A DNA stretch of 64,000 bases from Desulfovibrionaceae bacterium (GCA_015709315.1 JACCQI010000001.1:98435-162434), one strand, 5' to 3'; counted from the first letter of the stretch, positions 29,542-40,963 are shown. The notes: generated from the sequence alone by a model not told the origin. Made by a program: numbers and translations.

Positions 29542-31692
29542 GTGTTGGCCGGAGACATGACCAAGCGATTCCGCGTCCTCGCCGTGGACCATGACGAGGA
29601 CATGCTCACACTCTACCGCGACATCCTCTGCTTCGAGAGCGAGGAGCCGTCGTCTCTGGAGGCGCTGTTCGGCGACGACGCCCGGCTGCCGTCCAGGGAG
29701 GAGATCGTCGAGGACGAGAACCGGCCGGTGCTCGACATCGTGCCCGCGTCCACGGTCGAGGAGGGGCTTGCTGCGGCCGGCCGGTCCCTGGAGGAGGACG
29801 CCCCGTTCGCCGTGGCCCTGGTCGACATCCATCTCTCGGACACCGAGGCCAACCGGGCGGGGCTGGGCCTGGCCGAGCGGCTCCGCGCCCTGGACCCGAA
29901 CATGGAGATCGTGCTCCTCACGGCCCGGCACGACGTGCCGCTTAAGGAGATCAACCGGCGCGTCCAGCCGCCGGAGAAGCTGCTGTTTCTGCAAAAGCCC
30001 TTTCGTTCGCCCGAGCTCAAGCAGATCGTGACCTCGCTGGGGGCCAAGTGGGACGCCGAAAACCGGCTGCGCGACCTCAACGAAACGCTGTATTCCAAGG
30101 TCGAGGCCCGGACCGCCGAACTCAACGCCGCCAACCGGCGGCTGCGCAGCGACATCGCCAAGCGCGCCGCCGTGCTGCGGGAACTCCAGGTGTCGGAGCA
30201 GCGCTACCGGCTGTTGTTCGAGCGCAACATCACCGGCAACTTCGCGGCGGACGAAAACGGCCTGATCCTGGACTGCAACATGGCCTTTGCCGCTCTGTTC
30301 GACTTTCCCGTCCCGGAGGAGGCGCGCGGGGTGAACATCTTCGATTTGTGGGAAAAGGCCGGCGCGCCGGAGTCCCTGCGCGGCCTGGTGGCGAGCGAGG
30401 GACGGCTGGTCAACCACGAGGTGACCATCCGGCGGGGCGTTCTTGCGCGCTACCTGCTGCTGAGCTGCGACACGGTCATCAACGCCGGGGGTGCGGTGGA
30501 GGAACTGCGCGGATACATCTTCGACATCTCCGAGGCCAAGCGGCTGGAGGAGCAGCTCCGCCAGTCGCAGAAGATGGAGGCGCTGGGCACCCTGGCGGGC
30601 GGCATCGCCCACGACTTCAACAACATCCTGGGCGTCATCCTCGGATACGCCGAGATCATCGAGTCCAACGCCGAACCCGAGTCCGGCCTGGACCGGCGCA
30701 TCAAGGAGATCACCCGGGCGGGCAAGCGGGCGCGCGACCTGGTCACCCAGATATTGAATTTCTCTCGCCAGGGGCCGCAGGAACGGCATGCAATGACCAT
30801 GCGGCCGCTGGTCAAGGAGGCCCTCAAGCTCCTGCGGTCCTCGGTGCCCGCCAACGTGGAGATCATCTCCCGCATCAAGACCGACCGGGACAGCGTCATG
30901 GCCGACCCCACGCAGTTGCACCAGATCATGCTCAACCTGTGCGGCAACGCCTCCCACGCCATGCAGGAGACCGGCGGCACCCTGACCGTGACCCTGGCCG
31001 ACGTGCATGCCGACGACCCCGTGACGCCGCCCGAGGACCTGGGCAGGCCCGAGCGGTTCGTGCGCCTGACCGTGGCCGACACCGGGCCGGGCATCGACCC
31101 GGAGGTGGCGGACCGGGTGTTCGACCCCTTTTTCACCACCAAGAAGCAGGGCGAGGGCACGGGCATGGGGTTGGCCATGGTCCATGGCATCGTCAAGCGG
31201 CACGACGGCCACATGGAGCTGGAGAACCATCCGGGCGAAGGGGCGGTCTTCCACGTGTTCCTGCCCAAGACTTCGGAGACCGAGCGCCCGGAAACGGACC
31301 TGCCCGCCGACCTGGTCTTCCGCCAGGGCCGCATCCTGTTCGTGGACGACGAGAAGCCGCTCGCGGACATCGGCATGGAAATGCTCGAATCCTGCGGTTT
31401 CGAGGTGGTCACCCGTACCTCGTCGGTGGAGGCCCTGGAGGCGTTCAAGTTCCGGTCGCGCGACTTCGACCTGGTCATCACCGACCAGACCATGCCCAAC
31501 ATGACCGGCATGGAGTTCGCCCGCGAAATACTCAAGATCCGGCCCGACATGCCCATCATCCTCTGTACCGGATTCTCGGACGCGGTCTCCTACGACCGCC
31601 TGCGCGACGTGGGCATCGGCGACTTCATCATGAAGCCCATCCTCAAGCACGACCTGATCGCCTCCATCAGCCGGTTGCTGACCAAGGACTAG
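29542..31692 (+). CDS. Cytoplasmic hybrid sensor histidine kinase (receiver-like N-domain, PAS, HisKA, HATPase_c, REC)
   Basis: H-box GGIAHDFNNIL, G-boxes DTGPGI and GEGTGMGL, and the C-terminal receiver ILFVDDE…DLVITDQTMPNMTG. No transmembrane segment was seen. The start is either GTG 29542 or ATG 29557. Confidence 0.85.
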   Translation: MLAGDMTKRFRVLAVDHDEDMLTLYRDILCFESEEPSSLEALFGDDARLPSREEIVEDENRPVLDIVPASTVEEGLAAAGRSLEEDAPFAVALVDIHLSDTEANRAGLGLAERLRALDPNMEIVLLTARHDVPLKEINRRVQPPEKLLFLQKPFRSPELKQIVTSLGAKWDAENRLRDLNETLYSKVEARTAELNAANRRLRSDIAKRAAVLRELQVSEQRYRLLFERNITGNFAADENGLILDCNMAFAALFDFPVPEEARGVNIFDLWEKAGAPESLRGLVASEGRLVNHEVTIRRGVLARYLLLSCDTVINAGGAVEELRGYIFDISEAKRLEEQLRQSQKMEALGTLAGGIAHDFNNILGVILGYAEIIESNAEPESGLDRRIKEITRAGKRARDLVTQILNFSRQGPQERHAMTMRPLVKEALKLLRSSVPANVEIISRIKTDRDSVMADPTQLHQIMLNLCGNASHAMQETGGTLTVTLADVHADDPVTPPEDLGRPERFVRLTVADTGPGIDPEVADRVFDPFFTTKKQGEGTGMGLAMVHGIVKRHDGHMELENHPGEGAVFHVFLPKTSETERPETDLPADLVFRQGRILFVDDEKPLADIGMEMLESCGFEVVTRTSSVEALEAFKFRSRDFDLVITDQTMPNMTGMEFAREILKIRPDMPIILCTGFSDAVSYDRLRDVGIGDFIMKPILKHDLIASISRLLTKD

Positions 31693-31778
31693 CGCCCTTC
31701 GGCGGGCGGGTTGCGGAAACTGCGCCGGGCGGCGGGGGAAAGGACGGACGGGCGGCCGGATTCGGCAGCCGGGAGAGC

Positions 31779-33074
31779 CTAGCTCGGGTCCACGTAGTAG
31801 GTGATGCGCGACCTGGGAGAGAGATAGTCGTGGGCTTCCCTGGAGAGCTGGGCCAACCGGATGGACTTTTCCACGCGCAGGTCGGGTTCGTCGGCCAGGT
31901 CCACGATCAGCGCTTCCTTCTTGGGCACCGCCGGATCGTAGAGCATGACGCTCGGGTTGAGCTGGTTCTTGGGGTTCACGGCCATGACCATGCCGATCTC
32001 GCCGTTTGAGAGCTCCACCACGGTGCCGGGGGGATAGACGCCCAGGCAGCGGATGAACAGGGCCAGGATTTCCACGTCGAACACGGTCTTTTGCTGGCCG
32101 AACATGTAGGAAAGCGCCAGGTAGGGCGTCAGCGACTCCCTGGGGACCGCGTGGTTGCAGTGGTTGTCGTAGGCGTCGGCAATGGCCACCACGCGGGCCA
32201 TGCGGTCGATGGCCTCGCCCTTGAGGCCCGAGGGATAGCCCGATCCGTCCATGCGTTCATGATGCTGGGCCACCACGCGGGCCACGGTCTTGGGAAAGAT
32301 GTCCACATCGAGCAGCAGCCTGGCCCCGAGGACGGGATGTTGCCGGAGGACGTCCTCCTCGGCCCTGGTCCGGTCCCGCTTCTTGATCACCCGCTTGTCG
32401 ATCTGCTCCTTGCCGATGTCGTGGAAGAGCGCGCTCAGGCCGAGCGTGGTCAGCTCGTCGGCGGACATGCCCGTTTCCCGGCCGACCATCATGGACAGCA
32501 CGGCCACGTTCATGGGGTGGGAGTAAGTGGCCTCGCCCTTGTCCATGACGTTCATCAGGTGCAGGGTGGATTCCCTGTCGGCCACGAAATAGTCGGACAG
32601 CCTGCCCACGAAGGCCACGGCCTCACCCAGGGACTCGATGTTGCCGCCGAGGATCTTGGACAGGATGGAATTGAAGGACTTGATGCAGGCGTTGAAGCGC
32701 TTTTCGCACCGGGCGATCCGCTCCTTCTTTTCCTTGAGCCGCCTGGCGCGCTCGCGCTTGATCTCCCACAGGTGGTCGATAGCCTCCTGCGAGAGTTCCT
32801 TTTCCGGTCCGGCCGGTTCCGGCTCGGCATTTTTCGCCAGGGCCGAGGCGGGCAGCACGTCGGACTTCTCCGGGATGCAGATCACATGGGCGATGCCCAG
32901 TCTCTTGATGAGCGCTATCTGCTCCTGGTCCTTGATCTTGAAGTTGGAAAACAGGAAGGGATGGTCGAACCAGCTCGTCCTTTCCAGCCGGATGAACACG
33001 CCGGGGCGGAGCTGATCGACCTGTATGCGGTATTCTGCCTTGCTGCCGTTTTCCATGGCCGCACCATACAGCAT
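31779..33074 (-). CDS. HD-GYP domain protein (putative c-di-GMP phosphodiesterase) with an uncharacterised N-terminal domain
   Basis: Motifs LSALFHDIGK and VVAQHHERMDGSGYPSG. It is convergent with the hybrid kinase gene. Confidence 0.85.
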   Translation of the reverse strand: MLYGAAMENGSKAEYRIQVDQLRPGVFIRLERTSWFDHPFLFSNFKIKDQEQIALIKRLGIAHVICIPEKSDVLPASALAKNAEPEPAGPEKELSQEAIDHLWEIKRERARRLKEKKERIARCEKRFNACIKSFNSILSKILGGNIESLGEAVAFVGRLSDYFVADRESTLHLMNVMDKGEATYSHPMNVAVLSMMVGRETGMSADELTTLGLSALFHDIGKEQIDKRVIKKRDRTRAEEDVLRQHPVLGARLLLDVDIFPKTVARVVAQHHERMDGSGYPSGLKGEAIDRMARVVAIADAYDNHCNHAVPRESLTPYLALSYMFGQQKTVFDVEILALFIRCLGVYPPGTVVELSNGEIGMVMAVNPKNQLNPSVMLYDPAVPKKEALIVDLADEPDLRVEKSIRLAQLSREAHDYLSPRSRITYYVDPS

Positions 33075-33375
33075 CGGCTGGCGGTCGACAATAGCCTTGG
33101 CCGGCCGGTTGCGGCAACTGTCCGATTAATCAAGACGTTACGTCCGTTGCCTCCCGTTCTTCCCGAGGCTGTTTGGGCATGTGCGAAAACGGGCCAGGCG
33201 AAAGACTCATTGATATCATTGAACTTTCATTTTTTGTCAAAGGGTGCCGGACAAGGGCCGCATCGCCGGGTTTTTCGTTGCCAACCGGCGGCAACTGGTT
33301 TAAATGTCATATGGTCACTGATTGTTTTTTTGCCTCTTTCCATTTGAGAATACTGAGATTTCAGGTGAAGATATA

Positions 33376-33867
33376 ATGATGAAAAAACGCGCCGGATTTG
33401 GAAGGAATTCCAAGGTCGGCATGCTGGCTGTGATGTGTTTCCTCATTGCCGGAATTAGTCTTGTCTACTTCAAGACGGACCTGATCCGTCATGTCGCGGC
33501 AAAGCCCGAGAGCCTGTCCGGGCTGGTTACGGTCCGGGGGGCCGTTTCCCTGGACCAACTGCACCTTTCGCAACAGGAGGTCCACGCCATCAACCAGGTG
33601 GTCAACGACCACAAGGATACCTTTTCCAAGGTGGACATGATCGTGGATGCGGTCGGGCACGTCAACGAGATCACCGAGGACACCCTGCTGGTCTTCGCCG
33701 TGTCGCTCAAGGCCGGGGACCTGGAGGTCAAGTCCTGGAGCCGCAAGCTCGAGCGCCGGATACTGGTGGCCCAGTTCGTGGACTACATCCGCAAGGCGGC
33801 CACGGAGTACGAGGAATTCCGCAAGTTTCCGGACGTGAAGAAGAATTTCAAGACGCTGTACATCTAG
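33376..33867 (+). CDS. Hypothetical membrane-anchored protein (163 aa)
   Basis: Trimmed to MMKKRAGFGRNSKVGMLAVMCFLIAGISLVYF (one N-terminal transmembrane helix). I recognise no family. Confidence 0.6.
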   Translation: MMKKRAGFGRNSKVGMLAVMCFLIAGISLVYFKTDLIRHVAAKPESLSGLVTVRGAVSLDQLHLSQQEVHAINQVVNDHKDTFSKVDMIVDAVGHVNEITEDTLLVFAVSLKAGDLEVKSWSRKLERRILVAQFVDYIRKAATEYEEFRKFPDVKKNFKTLYI

Positions 33868-33885
33868 CGTCTGCCTGTAAGCACA

Positions 33886-33920
33886 AAAGAGGCCCCGGAC
33901 TTCGGTTCGGGGCCTTTCTT
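33886..33920. terminator. Bidirectional terminator between convergent genes
   Basis: aggccccgga cttcggt tcggggcct, with TTTCTTATC on plus and TCTTTTGTG on minus. Confidence 0.65.
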
Positions 33921-34004
33921 ATCGGCCCCGGCCGCGTGTCCGGGGCCGGCTTCACGGCGTTCCGCGACCCTTTAGGAGCGGGATGGCGTGGTTGTGATCT
34001 GGCT

Positions 34005-34313
34005 CTAGATACCCAGGTTGTAGGACGCGACGTATGCGCCGACCCGTTTGCTGGAATCGGCGATACGCTTGCCGAGCGACCGTTTGTACTCGTCGAGATC
34101 CAACTGCCTGCGGGCCACGCCGCCTTCCATGGCGGCCTTGGCCACGGCCACGGACACGTACTCGATGAGACGCAGGTCCAGCGCCTTGGGAATGACGTAG
34201 TCCGGGCCGAATTCAAGCTTGTCCACGCCGAACGCCTCGCACACGTATTTCGGGGCCTCGGTCTTGGCCAGGTCGGCCAGGGCCTGGGCCGCGGCCAGCT
34301 TCATTTCCTCGGT
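34005..34313 (-). pseudogene. Orphan duplicated 3' fragment of the malic-enzyme gene (last ~102 codons)
   Basis: Track ORF 34005..34304 (MKLAAAQALADLAKTEAP…ASYNLGI) is identical to the C-terminus of the full gene at 34337..35659. No properly spaced ribosome-binding site is present. Confidence 0.8.
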
Positions 34314-34336
34314 GATGGCGTGGTTGTGATCTGGCT

Positions 34337-35659
<1,323 letters not shown>

Positions 35660-35757
35660 GCTAGTCTCCTTGATAGTGGTTTGCATTGTTGAGTATCCGG
35701 CCGACCGGGCGTTTTCCCATGAGCCTTCGGGCCGGTAAAAGTCCTTGCGTTGCCCGC

Positions 35758-37011
35758 TTAGCCCCTGGCCACGTCCGGGAGCGTGGAGCCGCCGTAGGGC
35801 ATGACCACGATCCGCGCCGCTTCGCCGAGTTTTTCCCGGGCCTTTTTCAGGGCCGTTTCCATGTCGGGGCACGGGGTGACGAACATGTTCGCCATGACCG
35901 CGTCATCCAGCTCGGAAACCATGTACACGTCGGCCTTTTTTTCGGTCATGGCGATGGCCGCGGCCTTGTGCCCGCCCAACTGGAATTTGGAACGCACCCT
36001 GTCGATGAGGTCGTCCGGGCAGCCCGCCTCGTTGAGCCACTGCTCGAAAACGGCCGATCCGTAGCCCTCCTGGCAGGCGGCCGCCCAGATGATGACCCCG
36101 CCGGGGCGCACCGCGTAGGTGGCGTTGTCCAGGGCCTTCTGGGCCTGGTAGATGTTCAGGTCCTTGGGGTAGCCGCCAGGGGAAACCACGACGATGTCCG
36201 CGCCCCGGTCAAGGGGAAAACGGTACAGCTTGTCGAGGTAGGCGCAGCCCGCCCTGTGAGCCTTGATGCAGTCCCCGGCCGTGGCGTGCAGCACGGTCTT
36301 GTCCGGGGCAAGGACGACGTTGAGGATCATGTCGACCGAGAGGAAGCCGAGCAGTTCTTCCAAGTCGTCCCGGACCGGATTGCCGTTCAGGTTTCCCGTG
36401 GCCGCCTTTTCCTCCACCATGAAGGTGTGGTTGGCCTGGATGGTCTTGTGCGAGCAGACGCCCGGCACGATGGCCTTGACGCCGCCGCTGTACCCGGCGA
36501 AGTAGTGATATTCGATATTTCCCAGGCAGATGCGCCGGGATGCTTCGGCCACCGGCCGGAAGACTTCGAAGGGAGTGCCGTTGGAGGAAGTTCCCACCAG
36601 GACCACGTCCTCGGGTTCCATGTCGATGCAGCGGTACCGTTTTACGATGTCGGTTCCAACGAGATGCTCGATTTCTTCCTGCGTGTGCTTTCTGTGCGCC
36701 CCGAGGGCAAAGACGATGAACACGTCCTCGGTGCGGACACCGGCCCGGTGCAATTCCTCAAGGAGCGGAGGCAGCATCTTGTAGGAAGGACAGGGCCGGG
36801 TGACGTCGCTGGTCACGATGCACACGCTTTGGCCGGGGCCGAAGGTATCCCGTATCGTCCCGGTGCCGATGGGATTTTTCAGAGCGGAACGGATCAGTTC
36901 CGCTTCGCTTTCCGGGAAGGTTATGTCGTTGAGCTTGAGCACGGCGTCGATCCGGGCCTCGTCAATGTCGGCCTCGATGGCGCCTTTGCCGTAACCAAGG
37001 GTGATTTTCAT
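35758..37011 (-). CDS. larA: LarA-family nickel-pincer-dependent 2-hydroxyacid racemase/epimerase (DUF2088-type)
   Basis: MKITLGYGKGAIEADIDEARI…VCIVTSDVTRPCPS…ALGAHRKHT…GNIEYHYFAGYSGG…KAHRAGC resemble lactate racemase LarA motifs. The substrate is not determinable from sequence. Confidence 0.75.
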   Translation of the reverse strand: MKITLGYGKGAIEADIDEARIDAVLKLNDITFPESEAELIRSALKNPIGTGTIRDTFGPGQSVCIVTSDVTRPCPSYKMLPPLLEELHRAGVRTEDVFIVFALGAHRKHTQEEIEHLVGTDIVKRYRCIDMEPEDVVLVGTSSNGTPFEVFRPVAEASRRICLGNIEYHYFAGYSGGVKAIVPGVCSHKTIQANHTFMVEEKAATGNLNGNPVRDDLEELLGFLSVDMILNVVLAPDKTVLHATAGDCIKAHRAGCAYLDKLYRFPLDRGADIVVVSPGGYPKDLNIYQAQKALDNATYAVRPGGVIIWAAACQEGYGSAVFEQWLNEAGCPDDLIDRVRSKFQLGGHKAAAIAMTEKKADVYMVSELDDAVMANMFVTPCPDMETALKKAREKLGEAARIVVMPYGGSTLPDVARG

Positions 37012-37196
37012 CAGTCTCGCTCGCTGTTTTCCAGGTTGAAGAGGTGCAGGCGGCGCTGGAGGAAATCGTCCCGCGTGCGGAACGTCCGGCTGGCGGCGTC
37101 GTCTTCGTAATCGTAAAATCCGGCCCCGTTTTTCAGGTCCAGCCGTTTCTTTTCGTCAGGGACGAGAGAAAGGATGCGCCGTCTTCGCTCTGCCAT
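37011..37196 (-). other. 61-aa ORF overlapping the larA start by 1 nt; possibly the C-terminal remnant of a 3-hydroxyacyl-CoA dehydrogenase-like gene
   Basis: …KKRLDLKNGAGFYDYEDD resembles the G(R/K)K.G.GFYDY C-terminal motif of hydroxyacyl-CoA dehydrogenases. No matching N-terminal domain lies upstream. Its TGA overlaps the larA ATG. Confidence 0.3.
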
Positions 37197-37436
37197 CCGT
37201 ATTCAGGCAGGGCGTTGACGGCCCCCAAAACGAAATTGACCATTGTTCCGCAATTGAAACGGAAGTTCCTTTCCATGACGTATTCTTTGGCAATGGTGCC
37301 CTGCCGTTCGGCGAAGCAGTCATTTACATGTTCTTTTTATTCGTTTTTTTCATGAATGTCAGCAAGGGAAGTATGATTTCGGAGAGGAAACGCACCAAGG
37401 CGGGGCCACGCGGCAAGCGGCCAGGACGTCGTTGAA

Positions 37437-37634
37437 ATGGTTTTGGCCGACCAGGACGGCTGGGACAGATACGAGGCGGCCAAATGGCTCACCATGCGCC
37501 GATGGCTTGATGCCAATCCCGGCGACGAATTGGCTGAAGAGGTCCGGGCCAAACTGGACTCGGAGCCCCAGCGGTACGCCGCCTACACGCGTGAATACCT
37601 GGGCTGGGGCGTGTTCGCACTGATGCGGCGGTGA
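37437..37634 (+). pseudogene. C-terminal fragment of a SAM-dependent methyltransferase-like gene
   Basis: The frame reads …GQDVVEMVLADQDGWDRYEAAKWLTMRRWLDANPGDELAEEVRAKLDSEPQRYAAYTREYLGWGVFALMRR. This is a C-terminal tail type I recall from class I methyltransferases. An in-frame stop at 37374 excludes any catalytic domain upstream. Confidence 0.4.
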
Positions 37635-37772
37635 TGCGGCGTATCAGTGCCGGGGGAGGCTGCGGACTTGTTATTCGTTTCTGCCGCCGTGAAAACGCGC
37701 GGACGAAAACAGCCGAGCGAGCTTGCTTCGGCGTCGAAAGGATGCGAAGGCGGATTGCCCCCGACGGCCGGG

Positions 37773-38381
37773 TCAGGACAGCGCCCTGATCGGGGTCACG
37801 CAATCCATGTTCCCCCACCGTTTGAAGTCTTTTCCCTCCACGCCGAATTCATGCAGGATTTTCCCCACGATATGATTGGTCATGTCGGAAACGGATTGCG
37901 GGTGGTTGTAGTATGTCAGCATGGGCGGCATGACGACGACGCCCATTTCGGCGAGGGAAAGCATGTTTCGCAGATGTATCGGGCTGAGAGGGGTTTCCCT
38001 GGCGACCACGACCAGCTTGCGCCGCTCCTTGAGGGTCACGTCCGCGGCCCGGAGGAGCAGGTTGTCGGAATAGCCCGTGCAGATGCCTGCCACGGTCTTC
38101 ATGCTGCACGGCACAATGGCCATGCCTTCGGTAACGAAGGTGCCGCTTGCGATATTTGCCCCGATGTCCTCCCGGTCGTACACCAGGTCGGCCAGGTCGG
38201 CCAGCCGCGACTCCGTGACGTGCGTTTCGTGTTCAAGGGTTCTGACGCCCGCCTTGCTGATGACGAGGTGCGTTTCCCAATCCGGGAGAGCCTTGAGGGC
38301 CTTGAGCAGCCCCAGGGCCAGGACCGAGCCGCTGGCACCGCTTATGCCGACGGTCAGGCGTTTTTTCTTGAGCTGAATCAT
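37773..38381 (-). CDS. ubiX: UbiX/Pad1-family flavin prenyltransferase
   Basis: RLTVGISGASGSVLALGLLKAL…HLVISKAG…MAIVPCSMKTVAGI…DNLLLRAADVTLKERRKLVVVARETPLS. Confidence 0.9.
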   Translation of the reverse strand: MIQLKKKRLTVGISGASGSVLALGLLKALKALPDWETHLVISKAGVRTLEHETHVTESRLADLADLVYDREDIGANIASGTFVTEGMAIVPCSMKTVAGICTGYSDNLLLRAADVTLKERRKLVVVARETPLSPIHLRNMLSLAEMGVVVMPPMLTYYNHPQSVSDMTNHIVGKILHEFGVEGKDFKRWGNMDCVTPIRALS

Positions 38382-38494
38382 TGTTTCCTCTTCGGTATTG
38401 AACGGGCAGGCCCTTCACCGCCGGGATAAAATGAACGCCGCCCGCGAGGCAGGGGCGGCGTCGGATGAACAGGCCTTTCGGGGAAAGCATTCGG

Positions 38495-39313
38495 CTACCG
38501 TCCTACAAACTGTTCCACAGCCTCGTCAATGTCCAAAGTGAATGAGCGGTCGGGAGCCTGGAACAGCCTGGAGGATTCGGCCGCGGCCAAAGGAATTTCA
38601 TACAGAAGCTTTTGGGAAAAGTATCTGTCCAGCCGCACCGTCGGGATGGAGCAGCTTATGGTGGCGATGATGTTCCCGGTGTCGTCGAACACGGGAGCGG
38701 CGGCACACCGGACTCCCTTGTAGAGCTCCTCGAAGTCGAAACCGATCCCCTTTTCCCGGACGCTTTCGATTTCCTTGTAGATATGGTTGATCATGTCGGT
38801 CGTGACGCTTGAATCGCTGCGCCGCAATTCCTTGATGAAGCGCCGCAGGTCGTCCTCCGGCAAAAAGGCCAGAAAGACCTTCCCGGAAGCGGAGAAATAG
38901 GCGGGAAAGGAGTCTCCGATGACGGAATCCATCTGGAGCGCATGGTCCGAAGTCACCTGATGGACGAGAACCATGTTCACGCCCGAGAGCACGCTTAGGT
39001 TGACGGTCTCGTTCACCTTGTCCCGCAGCTTGACGAGAACGGGCTTGAGGGTGGAGCTCAGATCGCTTTGGGAGGCTATCTGCTTGCCGATCTTCAGGAG
39101 CTTGAGCGTCAAGGCGTAGGCGCCGCCGCGTTCCAGCTGACGGACGTATCCCAACTCCTCCAAGGTTCGCAGGATGCGTTGCAGCGTGCCTTTGGGGATG
39201 GAGCACGCTTCATTGAGCGTCTTCAGTTTCCAGTTGCTCTTGGTCGCCATTGTTTCAATGACATAGAGAGCCTTTTCCAAAGAGCGCACCATAAAATACT
39301 TGTCATCTGCCAT
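38495..39313 (-). CDS. IclR family transcriptional regulator
   Basis: N-terminal winged HTH (RSLEKALYVIETMATKSNWKLKTLNEACSIPKGTLQRILRTLEELGYV) and a C-terminal IclR effector domain. Confidence 0.9.
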   Translation of the reverse strand: MADDKYFMVRSLEKALYVIETMATKSNWKLKTLNEACSIPKGTLQRILRTLEELGYVRQLERGGAYALTLKLLKIGKQIASQSDLSSTLKPVLVKLRDKVNETVNLSVLSGVNMVLVHQVTSDHALQMDSVIGDSFPAYFSASGKVFLAFLPEDDLRRFIKELRRSDSSVTTDMINHIYKEIESVREKGIGFDFEELYKGVRCAAAPVFDDTGNIIATISCSIPTVRLDRYFSQKLLYEIPLAAAESSRLFQAPDRSFTLDIDEAVEQFVGR

Positions 39314-39355
39314 TATCGTCCTCTGAGAATACGCTTTTCATTTTTTCTGATCCGG

Positions 39356-39392
39356 GGAAAAACCAAGGCTCTTCTACAGTAGGAAGAGCCTT
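39356..39392 (-). terminator. Rho-independent terminator after the BCCT gene
   Basis: The minus strand reads AAGGCTCTTC ctactgt AGAAGAGCCTT, followed by GGTTTTTCC. Confidence 0.6.
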
Positions 39393-39397
39393 TATTG

Positions 39398-40963
39398 TTA
39401 GTCATTTTCCCTTTCATTGTCTAGCCAATCGGGTTTTTTCAGCAATTCCATACCATCCTTCACAAGCGAAATGCACATGGCGAAAGTGAATAGCATCATT
39501 GGGAAACCGGCCAAGGATATCAAGCCGCGGACCGGCTCGATTCCTCCCGCTACGCACAAGACATAGGCGATGAGGCCGACCACGATTCCCCAGACGATTT
39601 TCAGGCGCTTGGGCGGTTCTTCGTTCACGTGGATTCCCTTGGTGGAAATGATCGCCAGGGTCGCTACCAGGGAGTCCGTCATGGTGGCGAACGAAAAGAC
39701 GATGGTGACGACGAACAATCCCATCAGGATTTTGCTGAAAGGGAACTGGGAAAGAAGGATGTAAACCATGGACTCCATGCCGAATTCGTGGATGCCCGAC
39801 CATACGTCCACCATGCCGCTCCACTGGAAGTACACCGCGGTTCCGCCGAAGGTCGAAATCCAGAAATGGCAGAAAACGGTCGGCGGGATGATGTTCACCA
39901 GGATGAACTGGCGAATGGTTCTTCCTTTGCCCATGCGCGCCAGGAAGTGTCCCAGCAGCGGGGCGAAGATGAAGAAAATCTCCATGTAGGGGACAAGCCA
40001 CTGCATGGGCCACTTGTCTTCGATCTGCATGGTGTTGAGCAGGGTGCTGTTGCGGAAGAAATTGTTGGCGAAATAGCCGAACGATTCCACGCCGAGGCCC
40101 AGTATGAACAGCGTGGGGCCTGCGAAAAGGACCAACGCCATGAAAAAGAAGAACGCCCTGGTGGTGCCGGTGGACAGAAAGCGCATGCCTTTCTTGAGGC
40201 CGGAATACGAGGACAGAATGTAGATCGGGATGATGATTGCCGCTGCGGCCGCCCATGTCCCGGGGCCCGGGGTATAATCGAAGATCCTGCCGGTGCCGCT
40301 GCCTATCTGCATGAGGCCGGCCCCCATGCTGGTGGCGATGGCGCAGCAGAGGGAAAAGAGACAGATGGCGTGTACGGTCGATGACAGGGCGGGGCGCCAT
40401 GACCGGGGGAAGATGGCGTACATTCCGGCGGCCACGGACAGGGGGGTGTTGCGGTTGTAGCTCACCAACCCGATGGCCACCGCGCATATGGTGTAAAAGC
40501 AATATTGGGCGATGGTCCAGTGCAGCGTGGTCTGGGCGATGGCAAAGACCCCGGCATCCTTGGAACCCGGCTCGATGCCCAGGCTGAGAGGCGGCTGCAT
40601 CATGTGATATATGGGCTCGCCCATGGCCCAAAAGAGAATTCCGATGCCGATGCATCCGCACAACGACAGGGCAAACCACTGCCAGAAGGTGAAGTCGGGC
40701 TTGGCGTCCTTGCCGCCGAACCGGATGTTGCCGATGGGAGAGAAGGCGATTCCCGCCGTGAACAGGACGATGATTATGCCCAGAGAGACTTCCAGCCATC
40801 CGAAGTTCACGTGTATCCAGCCCATGATTTCGCCCAGGACGACCGCAATGCGGTCCTGGTACGCCAGGCCCAGGGTTATCCCCGTTACCAAAAGCGTGAA
40901 TCCGGGCCAGAAAGTGAAGTGATTGAGTTTTCTTCGTTGGTCGATCTGTCGTGCCTCCGGCAT
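39398..40963 (-). CDS. BCCT (betaine/carnitine/choline) family transporter
   Basis: Trimmed to the ATG at 40963 after AGGAGGAG. There are twelve hydrophobic segments, and Trp-rich stretches (FWAMGEPIYH, TLHWTIAQY, WISTFGGTAVYFQW) are typical of BCCT carriers. Confidence 0.85.
   Translation of the reverse strand: MPEARQIDQRRKLNHFTFWPGFTLLVTGITLGLAYQDRIAVVLGEIMGWIHVNFGWLEVSLGIIIVLFTAGIAFSPIGNIRFGGKDAKPDFTFWQWFALSLCGCIGIGILFWAMGEPIYHMMQPPLSLGIEPGSKDAGVFAIAQTTLHWTIAQYCFYTICAVAIGLVSYNRNTPLSVAAGMYAIFPRSWRPALSSTVHAICLFSLCCAIATSMGAGLMQIGSGTGRIFDYTPGPGTWAAAAAIIIPIYILSSYSGLKKGMRFLSTGTTRAFFFFMALVLFAGPTLFILGLGVESFGYFANNFFRNSTLLNTMQIEDKWPMQWLVPYMEIFFIFAPLLGHFLARMGKGRTIRQFILVNIIPPTVFCHFWISTFGGTAVYFQWSGMVDVWSGIHEFGMESMVYILLSQFPFSKILMGLFVVTIVFSFATMTDSLVATLAIISTKGIHVNEEPPKRLKIVWGIVVGLIAYVLCVAGGIEPVRGLISLAGFPMMLFTFAMCISLVKDGMELLKKPDWLDNEREND

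Noticed and set aside
29314-31650. 778-aa minus-strand ORF
   Set aside because: It is antisense to the hybrid histidine kinase, whose H, N and G boxes and receiver are unambiguous. This ORF has no motifs.
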